The notes beneath the pieces were generated by a model. It did no database searches. It had not been told where the DNA came from and saw nothing but the letters and a program-made list of their open reading frames with translations. The translations under genes were made by a program, and so were the position numbers. From contig OZ231126.1 in assembly GCA_965153355.1 (NCBI GenBank), positions 6,882,001-6,946,000 on the forward strand: a stretch of 64,000 nt of DNA, written 5' to 3'. Each line of letters starts with the position of its first letter. The stretch's first letter is position 1. Below, piece by piece: positions 1 through 31,398 of the stretch. The DNA is from Flaccisagitta enflata (taxonomy: Eukaryota).

Positions 1-274
1 CGTTGCTGCTCTTGCCCAATCACTTAAATAGCCTTTTTGGGCAGCGGCCCCAAAGGGGACGAAGTCCTGTAGAACACAGGGGGACTTTTGTTCGTCCGTC
101 CGTCTGTCCTTCCGTTCATCCCCCCAGGCCCTCTCAGGTCTATAGTCTGCCCTCTCAGGCCTGAAATTTGCCCTCTCAGGCCCTGGAATCTGTCCTCTCG
201 GGCCTTGAATCTGCCACCATAGGCATTGAATCTGCTCTCTCAGGCCTGACATCTGCCCACTCAAATTCAAGGCC

Positions 275-528
<254 letters not shown>

Positions 529-760
529 TTTGACAAAGTATTTGATTATGGAAATTACGTATCGAATGTCAAAAAAAAACTTTTATTAAAAAGCAATGGT
601 CATTACATTTTGACGTTGACATCAGTAACAGAAACGATAAAATAATTCTCAAAAAAACACGAACATGTGCGAATGTCTTTATATGAGACTCTTTTAAACC
701 CACAATTTTCTTTTCTCTGTGCAGTCGTCGCTTTTGCCATGAGCTGTATCAAACACGAAA

Positions 761-1120
761 TACCACGCGTATAATAAGAAAAGACGCAGTTTTGAATGGC
801 TAATTATGGCATCAAGTTTCCAGAAGTTTTTTTTTTTCTTTTTTTTTTTTTTTATTAGACTGTTGGAAAACCTTTTGAAAATACTTCAATCTAGTGTTTT
901 CATTTTTGTTTAGAAATAACATTAGTTTGAAAAATAAGGATGCTGTTTAAAGGCTCTAGCTTCTTACCCGATTGAGATCAGACCTGGGATTGGTCTAGAA
1001 TGAAAGGTTTTTTTTTTAGATTTTTTTAAATAATCCAAGTGAAAAGAGTATAGATTATTTTTTGTATCTTTTTTGTCAACAAATAAACGGCACGTCTTTT
1101 TTTTTTTTACTCGCGTAGTA
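761..1120. mobile_element. TA-flanked MITE (TIR TACCACGCG.ATAA..AAAAGACGCA)
   Basis: Inverted ends taccacgcgt.../...tcgcgtagta; same family at 7990-8425 and 13999-14605. Confidence 0.7.
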
Positions 1121-1152
1121 ATTATTTCTCCGTTTTAAGCGCAGTTGTTGTT

Positions 1153-18214
<17,062 letters not shown>

Positions 18215-18231
18215 TTCTAGGAGCAAAATAG

Positions 18232-18372
<141 letters not shown>

Positions 18373-18875
18373 CTGAAAGAAACAGACAGACAGACGGACA
18401 CGACCATTATTGGCAACCATAAAACATCAAAATGCAAGACAAAAAGTCACGCAGACGAAGAAAAGATACTCAGAAAGGCCATGATAGAATTAGAAAGTCA
18501 TTCATCTAAATACAAGGCCGGATACACGGCTACCCTAGTCGCGTGTGGGTGGGCAGGAGCAGTGCTGGAGAAGGTCACTAGAGCATCTGGGCAGGAGCCG
18601 TATGCTCAAAAAGCTCAAAAACGCCGAAAAAGTAAAAAGGGGACCAACCGTCCGACCGACCGACCAACCGACGGACCGACATAGCGGGGTGTAGAGTCGC
18701 GTAGCACGCGACTAAAAAGCTCAATGAATTGTTGATTTACATACAATTAAATGCAACGCTCGATTTGATTTTACTTAAAGACGAAAATTTTTAATTATTT
18801 CATATTTATTCCTGACTATAAAATCATCTCAATTTCAATTAAACAAGAGATATTGCTTTATAAATCTATACTTAC

Positions 18876-18931
18876 CGACAGACAGTTCGAGTATCCCAGC
18901 TACTCTTCATGAATTTCCACCCTTTTAAATA
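18876..18931 (-). promoter_or_regulatory. Candidate short 5'UTR exon and TATA-like box of the chitinase
   Basis: The ATG exon starts only 2 nt after an acceptor (ctag|aaATG), so an upstream non-coding exon is implied. A minus-strand donor (CG|gtaagt) lies at 18876/18875, with TATTTAAAAG about 50 nt upstream of it. Confidence 0.4.
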
Positions 18932-19800
18932 GAATCGAATCGATGAAAGACCTTCATTGTTTCCATTTTGTTTTCTCGATGATAAATAGAATCAAGTTTC
19001 TGTTATCGCTTCTTTTTTTTTCTCGCCACAATCGCGAATTTTCAATGTTGCAGATTTGTATTTTGTTAATGAAGATTTTTGTTTAGTAAGTCAGTGTTCT
19101 TTCGCCGGCCATTCTAATAAGACATTTTTAGTCGTGGACACACAACTCTAAACCTCGCTTGGTCGGTCCGTCCATCCGTCCGTCTGTCCGTCGGTCCGTC
19201 ACATTTCTTAATTATCTTTGTTTTTTGTCCTTCTTGTAAGGTATGTAAGAGTGAATTATTGTTGTACTGTAGTTCTTTAGTACTGCCCCTGCCCAACCGT
19301 TTGCGACTTACGCCCTGTCTTTGACCTGTTCACTTAGTCATGCATGTGCTCCGAGTTGGTGGACCAATGGTCTGTGATGCTGTAGTCAAAAATGGTCAAA
19401 AAGATGTGGTGAGATTGCATCATGTCTAAGCTCTTTTGTCTTTTGTCTCTCGTCTCTCGTCTCTTGTCTCTTGTCTCTTGTCTCTTGTCTCTTGTCTCTT
19501 GTCTCTCGTCTCTCGTCTCTCGTCTCTCGTCTCTCGTCTCTCGTCTCTCGTCTCTCCTGTCTTGTCTCTCGTCTCTCGTCTCTCGTCTCTCGTCTCTCGT
19601 CTCTCGTCGCTCGTCTCTTGTCTCTTTTCTTTTGTCTTTTGTCTTTTGTCTTCAACAGATGCCAGATATTTGAATTTGAGATGTTGCACAACTTCTGCTA
19701 CAAATCCTTTCTGCATTGTTCCAATGTTTATCGCTAACATTTGAAAAGGTTTTCCTGTGTTTCCCCATTTTCTTTAAACATTTCCTCTTGCATTTCACAA

Positions 19801-20413
19801 GTAACATCCCTTCCATAATTAAGCGAACTGGAAAAATAATCCATATAGGTAGTAAAAATGCGCTCAGAGTGATGAAATTTGAAACAGAAATAGCTAAGAT
19901 GTAGTACTTTGGCATAGAAAAGCGATGTTGAGGACTTTCCTGCATGAAGAGGGAGATAGAGGGTCCTTTGCCAGAAGTGCGGCATCAAATTATTGCCAAT
20001 TTCTACGGGAAAAATGTTTCAAAGGGAAAGATGTATAGCTTCCAGCATTTTAAGCAGATGGGATGCAAAAAAAAAACCGCCATATGTCACAAAATGTGGT
20101 TAGTTGATGCAGGAGAGTTAGTGGCGCAGAAAGAAGGGCAGGGAAGGCCGAGTAAACTGACAAAAGCCCGGGAAAAGAAGGTGACATATTGTAATCACGG
20201 CAAAATGGGGCCCTTACGCAACCATTCACTATTTTGCGTAATTGAGCTCATAAGGAGATAGCCGTCTCTATTTTTGAGGCATTTTTTGCACTATGTTGAT
20301 GTAATCTACTGTTGTTGATGCTTCATATTGTCTGTATTGATCATACTTGTATCTAACAGCCCTTAAACAACGCGTTTTCATCCCAGTTCGCCTAATTATG
20401 GAAGGGGTGTTAC
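19801..20413 (+). mobile_element. Internally deleted Tc1/mariner-like element with an N-terminal transposase remnant
   Basis: ~30-bp TIRs gtaaca(t/c)cccttccataatta(a/g)gcgaactgg. Internal ORF 19944-20261 has a GQGRPSKLT (GRPR-like) motif; no DDE domain. Confidence 0.55.
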
Positions 20414-20688
20414 AATGAAGAATCGCGATCAAAGTTATACAAGTCAACAAAACTAACTATAAATCCAATCCATAATAGACCAAAAACAAACCAAAGACAC
20501 GAAACAAGATCACAAAAAAACAATAAAACAATAAAACAATTGATTTTCATGAATTTTCTCTCTTTCGAGTTTTTCGGCGGCTTTTATCAATTGTCTGAGA
20601 AGTGTCAGCTGTACCCAGCCGATCTTACAAATTGATTGCCTTTATTTCTTGCGTGGAGATTGTTATTGTTGTTGTTGTTGTTGTTGTT

Positions 20689-20731
<43 letters not shown>

Positions 20732-20734
20732 TTT

Positions 20735-20826
<92 letters not shown>

Positions 20827-20842
20827 GCTGTTGTCGTTGTCG

Positions 20843-21499
20843 TACAATCCGTATTTTGTCTGAGAACACTGTTTATAAGAACATCAGCCTCAGATTTGGT
20901 GAAAAATTAAGAACATCCTAAGAACATGCTCAAGCTCAGATTTAAGCTTAACAAGGCCAACACCTATAAGTCGCGTGCGAGACTTACAGATTGATTTTGA
21001 ATGATTTAGAATGACTGAGAATGACTCAGCATACTCTTAAATGACTTTTATTGACTTAAAGAAATAAAATTGATAAAAAAAGTAAAAGTGTGATGGACTG
21101 ACAGACCAACCAACCAACCAACAGACGGACGGACGGACGGACAAAGCGGGGTGTGGAGTCGCGTGCACGCGACTAAGAATATATTTTAGTACATTTTGAT
21201 ATGAATTGTTAAGGAAACTATAAAAAAAAAACGTTGTACACAATCCTCCAACTTAAATAATTCAGCCTGTTACCTTTATCACATTATCTTTTTAATGAAC
21301 TAAGTTACAATGGCAAAATTTTGCAAAGACCAAAAACAAAACATATTTATCTTATTGATTGTGAAAAACTAGCAACTATGATAAAATGCTTTAGAAATAA
21401 GAATGGGTTAAGAACGTTTGAGCCTAAAAATTGGCCATAAAATAAGAGCGCTGAGCCTCATTTAAAAAAACAGTGTTCTTATAAAAAATACGGAGTGTA
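20843..21499. mobile_element. TA-flanked MITE inserted in a (GTT)n tract, with a nested family A element (20950-21175)
   Basis: TIRs tacaatccgtatttt..agaacactgttt / aaacagtgttcttataaaaaatacggagtgta; related fragment at ~38976-39121. Confidence 0.7.
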
Positions 21500-21522
21500 G
21501 GTGTTGTTGTTGTTGTTGTTGC

Positions 21523-21616
<94 letters not shown>

Positions 21617-21658
21617 GCTTATGTAGTTGTTGTTAATGTAGTTGTCGTTGTCGTTGCT

Positions 21659-21700
<42 letters not shown>

Positions 21701-21702
21701 AA

Positions 21703-21762
<60 letters not shown>

Positions 21763-22580
21763 GGTTGTTGTGGTTGTTGTTGTCGTTGTTTTGATGATAG
21801 CAGAAAGAAGAAGGGACAATTTTTGGTTGAGTTTCATGGGATCAAACTTTCAACGCGAACAGTAGAAAGTTAGTCGTTTTGTAAGCAAACTGGGCATGCT
21901 TTAGGCTCTTAATTGGGCCGAACACCGGACCAATATGTCACCTGTTGGTGGGTAGGGGCTGTAAAGGGGATGGGCAGGAGCAGTCATGAGGGTGGGCAAG
22001 GGCTGTATTGTGGGCGGGCTGGGGCAATAATACTCGGAAATTTTAGTTTGCCCAAATTCGCGTTATCCAAAATCTCGCGTTACCTACACATGCAGGGACG
22101 GACCTACCTACCCACGGATCGGCGGACCTACCTACCTACGGATGGGTCGACCTACCTTTCTATGGAAGAACGCACCTATCTACCTACCCACGGACACACG
22201 GACACACCCGCTTAAAAGCAAGTCAGCGGAATTGGTTGGACTTCCACTTCAACTTTGATGAGAAGTTAAGATTGGAAAGAAATCAAACTCAGCAAATGTT
22301 TTTTGTCTGAAAAGGAAGCCACTAGCAACTAGTTAAGACCTCTGGTGGGGGAAAAAGAGAGCGACTGCCTCGTAGTGACTTCTTTTGGAAAGAAAACGAT
22401 AAGAGAGGGACTCAGAACTCAAAAGCCAGAGGCGCCCTCTTCTTTGCCGACGCTAAATGACCCAAAATGTCACCCAGGCTTGACCCCACATAAGTTTATC
22501 TAAGACACATGCACTCGCACTAGCTGCTTTCTCACTCTCTCTCTCCCTCTCGCTCTCTCTTCCTCTCCCTCTCCCTCTCC

Positions 22581-22642
<62 letters not shown>

Positions 22643-23028
22643 AAGCTGGTTGGACTATTTAGAATCATATCTCTTAAAACTATCAAAATGAAATGAATAC
22701 ATTCACTCTTTTATTTTTAGGTGCGACAAAGCACCTCTATAATTGGCTGTGTCCGTTGGTTTGTCGGTTGGTCTGTCGGGTAACGCATTCGTTCGACAAT
22801 CCACACGTCGCACCTTATTGTCCTTCTTGGCCTTGTTTGTTCTCTTTTCTGTTCTTATTGATAGGGATTATCTCTATTTCTTCCGCGACAGGGCTTCAGA
22901 GAAAAAATTACGTTCTTACAGATACAAGTAACGCGCGGACGCGCGGACGGGTGGGCATGGCAGGGGCGTACAACCCCCCCTTTGAAAGGCCCTTTCCACA
23001 CATACACCCCACACTCCACATACCAGCT

Positions 23029-23130
<102 letters not shown>

Positions 23131-24454
23131 CACCACTGCAGCATCTTAAATGCGCATTTTCGCACTTTTCAACTCGAGCAACACAGACCGACCATGCGAC
23201 CGACCGACAGACCTACCAATCAAGAGACGGGCGGACAGACGGACAAGGACTCGTACAGAGTCGTTAGTCCGCGATTAAAAATCAAATCGCGTTCTTTATT
23301 TTTTTATTGTCTTGATTTCATTATGGTATTATGATTACTCTCAGTTGGAAATCTAATAAGTTGTGTTCTCTCCTAGTTTGTTAGAATCCATAACAAGATT
23401 TATTGAAACCATGAGGCTTATATGAAATGTTCTTTTGGTAGGATTCGAGAATTGGCGGGCCAACAATGATGAATATGTTCACACCTCGTTATATTGATTT
23501 TAAGTTTAAATAAAGTGATATATCTCACTATGAAATGCCTAATTACTATTTCTATAGATTACAATGTTTGAAACAAGGCCAACACCTATAAGTCGCGTGC
23601 GAGACTTACAGACAAAGAATGACTTAGAATGACTTAGAATGACTTTCAATGACTTAGACTGACCTAAAATGACCAAAATTGTCTTAAAATGACTAAAAAA
23701 CCTAATTACCAAAAATGACTTAAAATAACTTAAAATGACTTAAAATGACTTAAAGTGACTTAGAATGACTCAAAATGACTTAGAATAACTATAAATGACT
23801 TAAAATGACTTAAAATGACCTAAGAATTGACATTATAGTAAAAAAAAGTAAAGTGTGACGGACGGACGGACCGACCGACGGACGGACGGACCGACGGACG
23901 GACGGACGGACGGACGGACCGACAAAGCGGGTTGTAGAGTCGCGTGCACGCGACTAAAAATTTTTCAAGTTACTAATGATAAAATGGAAGAATATAAATC
24001 AGTGAAATACTTATGTCACAAAGTGTGAACATATTTATCATAGCTGGCCCGGCGCTTCCCGAAACATGCCTTTAACACTTTTGCAGAATTTCTGTCTCAA
24101 GTTTATCTCAACATTGTCCTAACTGGAAAGAAACAAATGTGTACTCACTACTCAGTACTTGCCGCGTAGGCGCGTACCTTACATAAGAAAATCGGTCTGG
24201 TAAGTTCATTGAATTTCCGAGCTACTGTAATGGCGCAAACCGCATAGCTTTGGTTCATTTTTTAAAAGAAATGATATGCGAAACAAAATTGCTAACTTAA
24301 GTGGACAAAGTCTCTCTCCTTTCTATTTTTCTCTGCGATCTCCCATTACAAAACCGACGATGAAACCCTCTTCCCCCACCCACTCCTCCTTTTGACTGTC
24401 CCTCACTCATCGTCCAAATATATCAGAATATACCTTTCACAAATTCTCCCCTTT

Positions 24455-25032
24455 TTTTGGGCAGCGGCCCCGAAGGGGACGAAGTCCTGTAGAACACAGG
24501 GGACTTTCGTTTGTTTGTCCATTCGTTTGTTCATTTGTTCTTTCATTCGTCCACCCCAGGCCCTCTCAGGCCTGAAATCTGCCCTCACAGGCCTAAAATA
24601 TGCCCTCTCAGGCCTGAAATCTGGCCTCTCAGGCCTTGAATCTGCCTTCTCAGGCCGGAAATTTGCTCTTTCAGGCCTGAAACCTGGCTGTTAGGCTTTA
24701 AATCTGCTCTCTCAGGCCTGAAACCTGCCTGTCAAACTTTAAATCTGCCCTCTCAGGCCTGAAATCTGCCTTCTCAGATTCAAGGCCTGAGAAGGCAGAT
24801 TTCGGGTCTGAGAGGACAGATTTTAGCCCTGAGATGGCAGATTTCAGGCCTGAAAGGGCCTAGGGGGGCGGATGGACGGACAAACGGATGGACAAACGAA
24901 CGAAAGTCCCCTGTGTTCTACAGGACTTTGTCCCCTTCGGGGCCGCTGCCCTGCCTCTCATTCCGATTTACAACCATGCAAAGCAGGGCAATGGTTATCG
25001 CTGACCACATATTGCCCTTGGGCGACCTGTTT
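24455..25032 (+). mobile_element. HINE-like family B element with 21-bp internal repeats
   Basis: Complete head, (gccctctcaggcctgaaatct)n, inverted head and tail ...ATTGCCCTTGGGCGACCTGTT. Confidence 0.75.
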
Positions 25033-25044
25033 CGCTTCCCTCTT

Positions 25045-27498
25045 TCCTTCTCCATTTGGACATCACTTTTTGCCTTGCATTCCTTTTGCCTCCATCTTGA
25101 CATCACTATTTGCCTTCCCTTCCTTTTGCCTCCATCTTGACATCACTATTTGCCTTCCCTTCCTTTTGCCTCCATCTGGACATCACTTTTTGCCTTCCCT
25201 TCCTTTTGCCTCCATCTGGACATCACTTTTTGCCTTCCCTTCCTTTTGCCTCCATCTGGACATCACTTTTTGCCTTCCCTTCCTTTTGCCTCCATCTGGT
25301 CATCACTTTTTGCCTTCCCTTCCTTTTGCCTCCATCTGGACATCACTTTTTGCCTTCCCTTCCTTTTGCCTCCCTCTGAACATCACTTTTTGATGGAGTT
25401 GGAAAGGTCGAAAAGGCGCATTTTCGCCCCTGCCCACCCATCCGCAACTGGTGGCCGTGTACCCGGCCTTGTTTGCCTTCCCTTCCTTTTGCCTCTATCT
25501 GAACATCACTTTTTGCCTCCCCTTCCTTTTGCCTCTATCTGGATATCAATTTTTGCCTTCCCTTCTTTTTGCCTCCATATGGACATCACTTTTTGCCTTC
25601 CCTTCTTTTTGCCTCCATATGGACATCACTTTTTGCCTTCCCTTCCTTTTGCCTCCATCTGGATATCACTTTTTGCCTTCCCTTCCTTTTGCCACCATCT
25701 GGACATCACATTTTGCCTTCTCTTCCTCCATATGGACATCATTTTTTGCCTTCTCTTCTTCCTTTTGCCTCCATCTGGACATCACTTTTTGCCTTCTCTT
25801 CCTTTTGCCTCCATATGGACATCACTTTTTGCCTTCTGTCCTTTTGCTCCATCTGATATCACTTTTGCCTCCACCCATCCGCAACTGGTGGCCGTGTACC
25901 CGGCCTTGTTTGCCTTCCCTTCCTTTTGCCTCTATCTGAACATCACTTTTTGCCTCCCCTTCCTTTTGCCTCCATCTGGACATCACTTTTTGCCTTCCCT
26001 TCCTTTTGCCTCCATCTGGACATCACTTTTTGCCTTCCCTTCCTTTTGCCTCCATATGGACATCACTTTTTGCCTTCCCTTCCTTTTGCCTCCATCTGGA
26101 CATCACTTTTTGCCTTCCCTTCCTTTTGCCTCCATATGGACATCACTTTTTGCCTTCTCTTCCTTTTGCCTCCATATGGACATCACTTTTTGCCTTCCCG
26201 TCCTTTTGCCTCCATCTGGATATCACTTTTTGCCTTCCCTTCCTTTTGCCACCATCTGGACATCACTTTTTGCCTTCTCTTCCTTTTGCCTCCATATGGA
26301 CATCACTTTTTGCCTTCTCTTCCTTTTGCCTCCATCTGGACATCACTTTTTGCCTTCTCTTCCTTTTGCCTCCATATGGACATCACTTTTTGCCTTCCCT
26401 TCCTTTTGCCTCCATCTGGACATCACTTTTTGCCTTCCCTTCCTTTTGCCTCCATCTGGACATCATTTTTTGCCTTCCCTTCCTTTTGCCTCCATCTTGA
26501 CATCACTATTTGCCTTCCCTTCCTTTTGCCTCCATCTTGACATCACTATTTGCCTTCCCTTCCTTTTGCCTCCATCTGGACATCACTTTTTGTCTTCCCT
26601 TCCTTTTGCCACCATCTGGTCATCACTTTTTGCCTTCCCTTCCTTTTGCCTCCATCTGGACATCACTATTTGCCTTCCCTTCCTTTTGGGCTGCGGCCCC
26701 GAAGGGGCCAATGACCTATGCTTTTACACATAGGGGAAATTTCTCCTTCTTCTTCTCCTTCTCCTTCTTTTCCTTCTTCTCCGTCCCCCCCCCCCCCCTC
26801 AAGACCCAAATCCTAGTCTCGAGACCCAAATCCTATCTTCAAGGCTCAAATCCCCACTTTGAAGCTCAAATCCCAGCCTTGAGGCTCGAATCTCAGTCTC
26901 CAGGCTAAAATCCCACTCTCGAGGCTCAAATCCCAGCCCTTATACTCAAGGCACAAATCCCAGCCTTGAAGCTCAAATCCTAGCCTCGAAGCTCAAATAC
27001 CAGCTTCCAAGCTCAAATCCCTGCCCCAAAGCTCAAATCCCAACCTCAAAGCTCAAATCCCAGCCTTGAAGCTCAAATCTTAGCCTTGAAGCTGAAACCC
27101 CAGCCTCGAAGCTCAAATCCCAGCCTCAAGGCCCTAATCCAAGCCTCAAGGCCCCTATTCCAGCCTCCATGCCCTAATTCCATCCTTGAGGCCCAAATAA
27201 AAACAGCATAGGTCATCGGCTCCTTCGGGGCCGCTGCCCCTCTAACCACCTCACACCACCATACACTCACATAGGGGCAACGGGTACCGCTGACCATCTA
27301 ACGCTTTTGCGACTATTACCTCCATATGGACATCACTTTTTGCCTTCCCTTCCTTTTGCCTCCACCTGGACTTCACTATTTGCCTTCCCTTCCTTTTGCC
27401 TCCATCTGGACATCATTTGTTGCCTTCCCTTCCTTTTGCCTCCATCTGGTCGTCACTCTTTGCCTTCCCTTCCTTTTGCCTCCATCTGGACATCACTT
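25045..27498. repeat. 40-bp satellite (~40 copies) interrupted by interspersed elements
   Basis: Unit tgccttcccttccttttgcctccatctggacatcactttt. Interrupted at ~25390-25475, ~25865-25910 and 26685-27315. Confidence 0.95.
26685..27316 (+). mobile_element. HINE-like family B element inserted into the T-run of a 40-bp satellite unit
   Basis: The satellite unit is split at tcctttt|..|cctccat with no duplication; internal 20-bp (gctcaaatcccagccttgaa)n. Confidence 0.75.
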
Positions 27499-27575
27499 GG
27501 GAAAATCTGAGAAGGTTTTTGGCGACTCAGAAACCATTTGTCACACGTGAGCTAAAACTTGCCAGAACCCTCCCG

Positions 27576-27681
<106 letters not shown>

Positions 27682-27686
27682 GAGAC

Positions 27687-27817
<131 letters not shown>

Positions 27818-28439
27818 GAGAAAGAAAGAAAGAAAGAAAGGAAGAAAGAAAGAAAGAAAGAGAAAGAGAAAAAGAGAAAAATAGAAAAAGAGAGAGGATC
27901 AAACAAACAAACACGAAGACTGGCGCACAAACACATTCACTTAAACACTGATTTAATCACACGGGTGTTACAGATATAGTTACACCTCGCTTTATCGGAC
28001 TCAATCGTAACTTTTTATCGTTCATTGAACAGAAAGGGACAGTCACGTCAGCGATACAGACGCAGAATCGCAAAAGTCACGAGAGTCGCGTCGCTAACGT
28101 CGCTTGAGAGTTTGATGGAGCCGGACAGTGAGACTGCAACGCAGCAGTCTAAGAGGAGGCAAGGGGGGTAGATGACAAGCAAGGGGGGTAGATGACAAGC
28201 CAAATCAGGCAACAATGAGTCCTCAGTGCTGGAAAAAGTACAATTTATGGTCATACTGACATACAGTTTAAGTCTACTGTGAATATACAGACGGATTGAC
28301 CAACAGGCGGAATGGCTGTTTCAAAGACCGTCGGACAAAAATCCCATCTAAACCAGACTATGTTCAAGCAAAACACAAAACAAATGGAAAAAGCCAGTGA
28401 CAGATCGCTAACAGAGGCAGAAATTTGTTAGGAGATAAG

Positions 28440-28594
<155 letters not shown>

Positions 28595-28730
28595 AGAGCC
28601 AATAGACGAAAACAATTTATTAACGAATGAAAAGGACTTATTTAAATGAAATCCCTCAGCTGTAAAGTTTATTTATGTTCTTTTTAACAATTCATGCACA
28701 AAAATTAATTCGAAGGTGAAAAAGTAATCA

Positions 28731-29552
28731 GGAAAAAAGTCGAAGTCATTCTTCGACTTTTTGACATATTCGAGAAAAACAGGGTTTTCATTTTCTTATG
28801 AGAAAGTTGAGCATCTCATCCGGCTGATTGAGGCCTCCAATGAAATTGACAGGGTAAGTAAATTTGATAATTCTCTTTCATTTGGCGCCAAGCAGAATGC
28901 TCTACAACAAATGTTTTTTGCGCTATGATTTTTTAAAGATTTATTTACGAAAAATTTGATAGAAATTTTTTTCAATTTTTTTTTTATTTTGTGTAGGATC
29001 AATAAAGAAGTATATCTATGTTTACTTGAGCATGAAAATACAAAAAAAAATGTTTATGAGCACAGCTGCTCATCTGTGAGGGCGTTTTGATCATTTTAGC
29101 TCATTTAGCTCACTTAGCTCAGTTTATTCTTTTAAATACAATAAATGAATGAATATTTTCATACTTGTTTAAGCAAGCAATTAAAAAAAACATGTCAGTG
29201 AGCAGAGCTGCTCATCTGTGAAGGTGTTTTTAAGTATTCTAGCTCATTTAGCTCATTTAGCTTTCTCTTTTTGTCTGATTTAGAATAGAATAAATAAATT
29301 ACTGTTTTGATTTAAGCATGCAAATACAAAAAATCATGCCAGTGAGAAAAGCTGGTTATCTGGTTGAATTATTTTGAATATTTTAGCTCATTTGGCTCAT
29401 TTAGCTCATTTGGCTCAGTTGTATTTTTCTCTGATTTTAAATGCAATCAATACATACAATTGCTTTGGATGTGATCTAACAAATAAAAAGAATTTCAGTG
29501 ACTGAAGACAAAAGCATGGTGAAAAGTGACCAATGCTTACAACTTTTGTTCC
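28731..29552 (+). mobile_element. Non-autonomous TIR element (GGAAAAAAGTCGAAG end) with internal subrepeats; inverted homologue at 37890-38249
   Basis: About 360 bp aligns by eye in reverse complement to 37890-38249; internal gagc..agctgctcatctgtga repeats. Confidence 0.6.
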
Positions 29553-30404
29553 TCACGGCGACAGCCGCCATTACTGGTAAAACTGGTTTCGCAACCTAAT
29601 CATTTGACTGATTTGAGCATCCTTGACATTAGTGTCCTGCTTGAAGTTGGCGTGACAGAAAATCTAAGAAAGTCTAAGACTAACTTGAGACCCAGATTAC
29701 CAAGACTATGACTAGACTAGGACAAGGCTAAAGACTAAGACTAAGACTGAGGTTAAGACTGAGACTAAGACCAGTGATTTAGTATCATCTTCGTGGTTTT
29801 CGTCATGCTGTTAATCAATCTAATTGGAGGGCAAATGATTTCCTTCTTTAAGTCATTAATAATACTACAAGCTCGGTGGTCACTTTTCTACAACCGTGAA
29901 CAGAGCCTGTCAAGATCAACAAGATCAGACTCAGTCTTGATTTGGAAATTAACACAAATGTAAACAGACCCTGTCAAGATCAACAACTGTTTCTTTGCTT
30001 TTTTCCTATCAATTCTTTTTTTCTTAAAAGAAGCTTGATGATTTTTTTTTTATATTTTTCTAAAGTGTTTTATCGATTCATCGATCCCGCATTCTTTTGG
30101 TTTGTTCTAATCTTCGTTTACATTTCCCCCCCCCCTTTGTCTACAAACTTCACTTTTTATCAGATGGATTGACAAACAGAAAGACGAGATCATAAGGAGA
30201 CAGACCTATGTGGAGTCCATACGTCTGTACCATACTATGTACGTTCTTCATTTGGTGCACTGTCAGATGGAGAAAGACGGACCAATGGATTGACGTGATG
30301 ACAGACATTTGGGATGGACTAACATGTACATATTTTTAGACATATATAATAATATTTTAAAATAAACCTGTTCATTCGATATTTTCACGACCACGTTCAA
30401 TCCT

Positions 30405-30546
30405 TAACAACCAATGATCGAAGTTTTAAACTAATAGGACCAATCAACGATTAGCGGCGATGGTTCCCGTATACTGGAAACTTGGAAAGGCCGAAAGTGA
30501 AACAGGTTTGAGTCCTGAATGGCAATCGATTATATTACTGGTAAGA
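30405..30546 (+). promoter_or_regulatory. Candidate promoter / 5'UTR exon of the tetraspanin
   Basis: Two CCAAT boxes about 30 nt apart (~30411, ~30440) are followed by a donor CTG|gtaaga at 30540/30541. Inference only. Confidence 0.3.
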
Positions 30547-30654
30547 GAAAGTAAAAGGAAAGAGAAGAAAGAAAAAGAAGAAAAGAAGAAAGGAAATATC
30601 AAATGAAAACTTACCATTAAGTGGCCTACCTTTCCACCTTCCTGCTCGCGGTCC

Positions 30655-30695
<41 letters not shown>

Positions 30696-31280
30696 AAAGA
30701 CCGAGTAAGAAAATTCTGATAAACTCGAATCAAGTTTTTACTTCCTTGTTCCTGAAAGAGAATACACAATAAAATATATATTCTTCTTCGCATAAAAGAA
30801 GGAGAAAAAAAAACCTCGACAATATTTCATTTCAAATTCAATAAAATCAACAAGAAAATCAACTCATTCAAAAGCAGTTTTAACAAAAAAGAAAGTGTTT
30901 TTTGTGACTCAACTGAAGTTCGCGCGGAGCAAAAAAAAAAATCCAGTAGATAGGATTTGTTTAATACAAGCGTTGTCACACCACAGCACAAATAAGAAGA
31001 AGAATCGTTCGAATCGTTTATTATTTTCGGGTGCGCCAACGCACCTCTGTAACCGGTTGGTCTGTCGTTCATAGAAACCTTTTACAATCCACCCAGCGCA
31101 CCTATTGACCTTGACCTATTGACCTATAAACCTTGTTTCTTCAAGCTTTGTCCACGTCACATAAATTTACTTCGTCATCGTCCTCATCCTCTTCCAAATC
31201 TTCAACACCTGAATCTGCCGCAACTTCCCCTCAACATCTCCCGAAACACGCCTTCTCTCCTCCACGTCCAATCCTCACCA

Positions 31281-31388
31281 ACTGCTTCCCAAACATCTCG
31301 TTGACTGCTTCCCAAACATCTCGTCAACTGCTTCCCAAACATCTCGTTGACTGCTTCCCAAACATCTCGTCAACTGCTTCCCAAACAT
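31281..31388 (+). repeat. 23-bp tandem repeat x5 immediately upstream of the tetraspanin ATG
   Basis: actgcttcccaaacatctcgt(tg/ca) at 31281, 31304, 31327, 31350 and 31373, with alternating variants. Confidence 0.9.
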
Positions 31389-31398
31389 CGGCTAGAAG

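Noticed and set aside
25110-26908. Long ORFs (up to 527 aa) in three frames
   Set aside because: Translations of a stop-free 40-bp satellite; no domain content.
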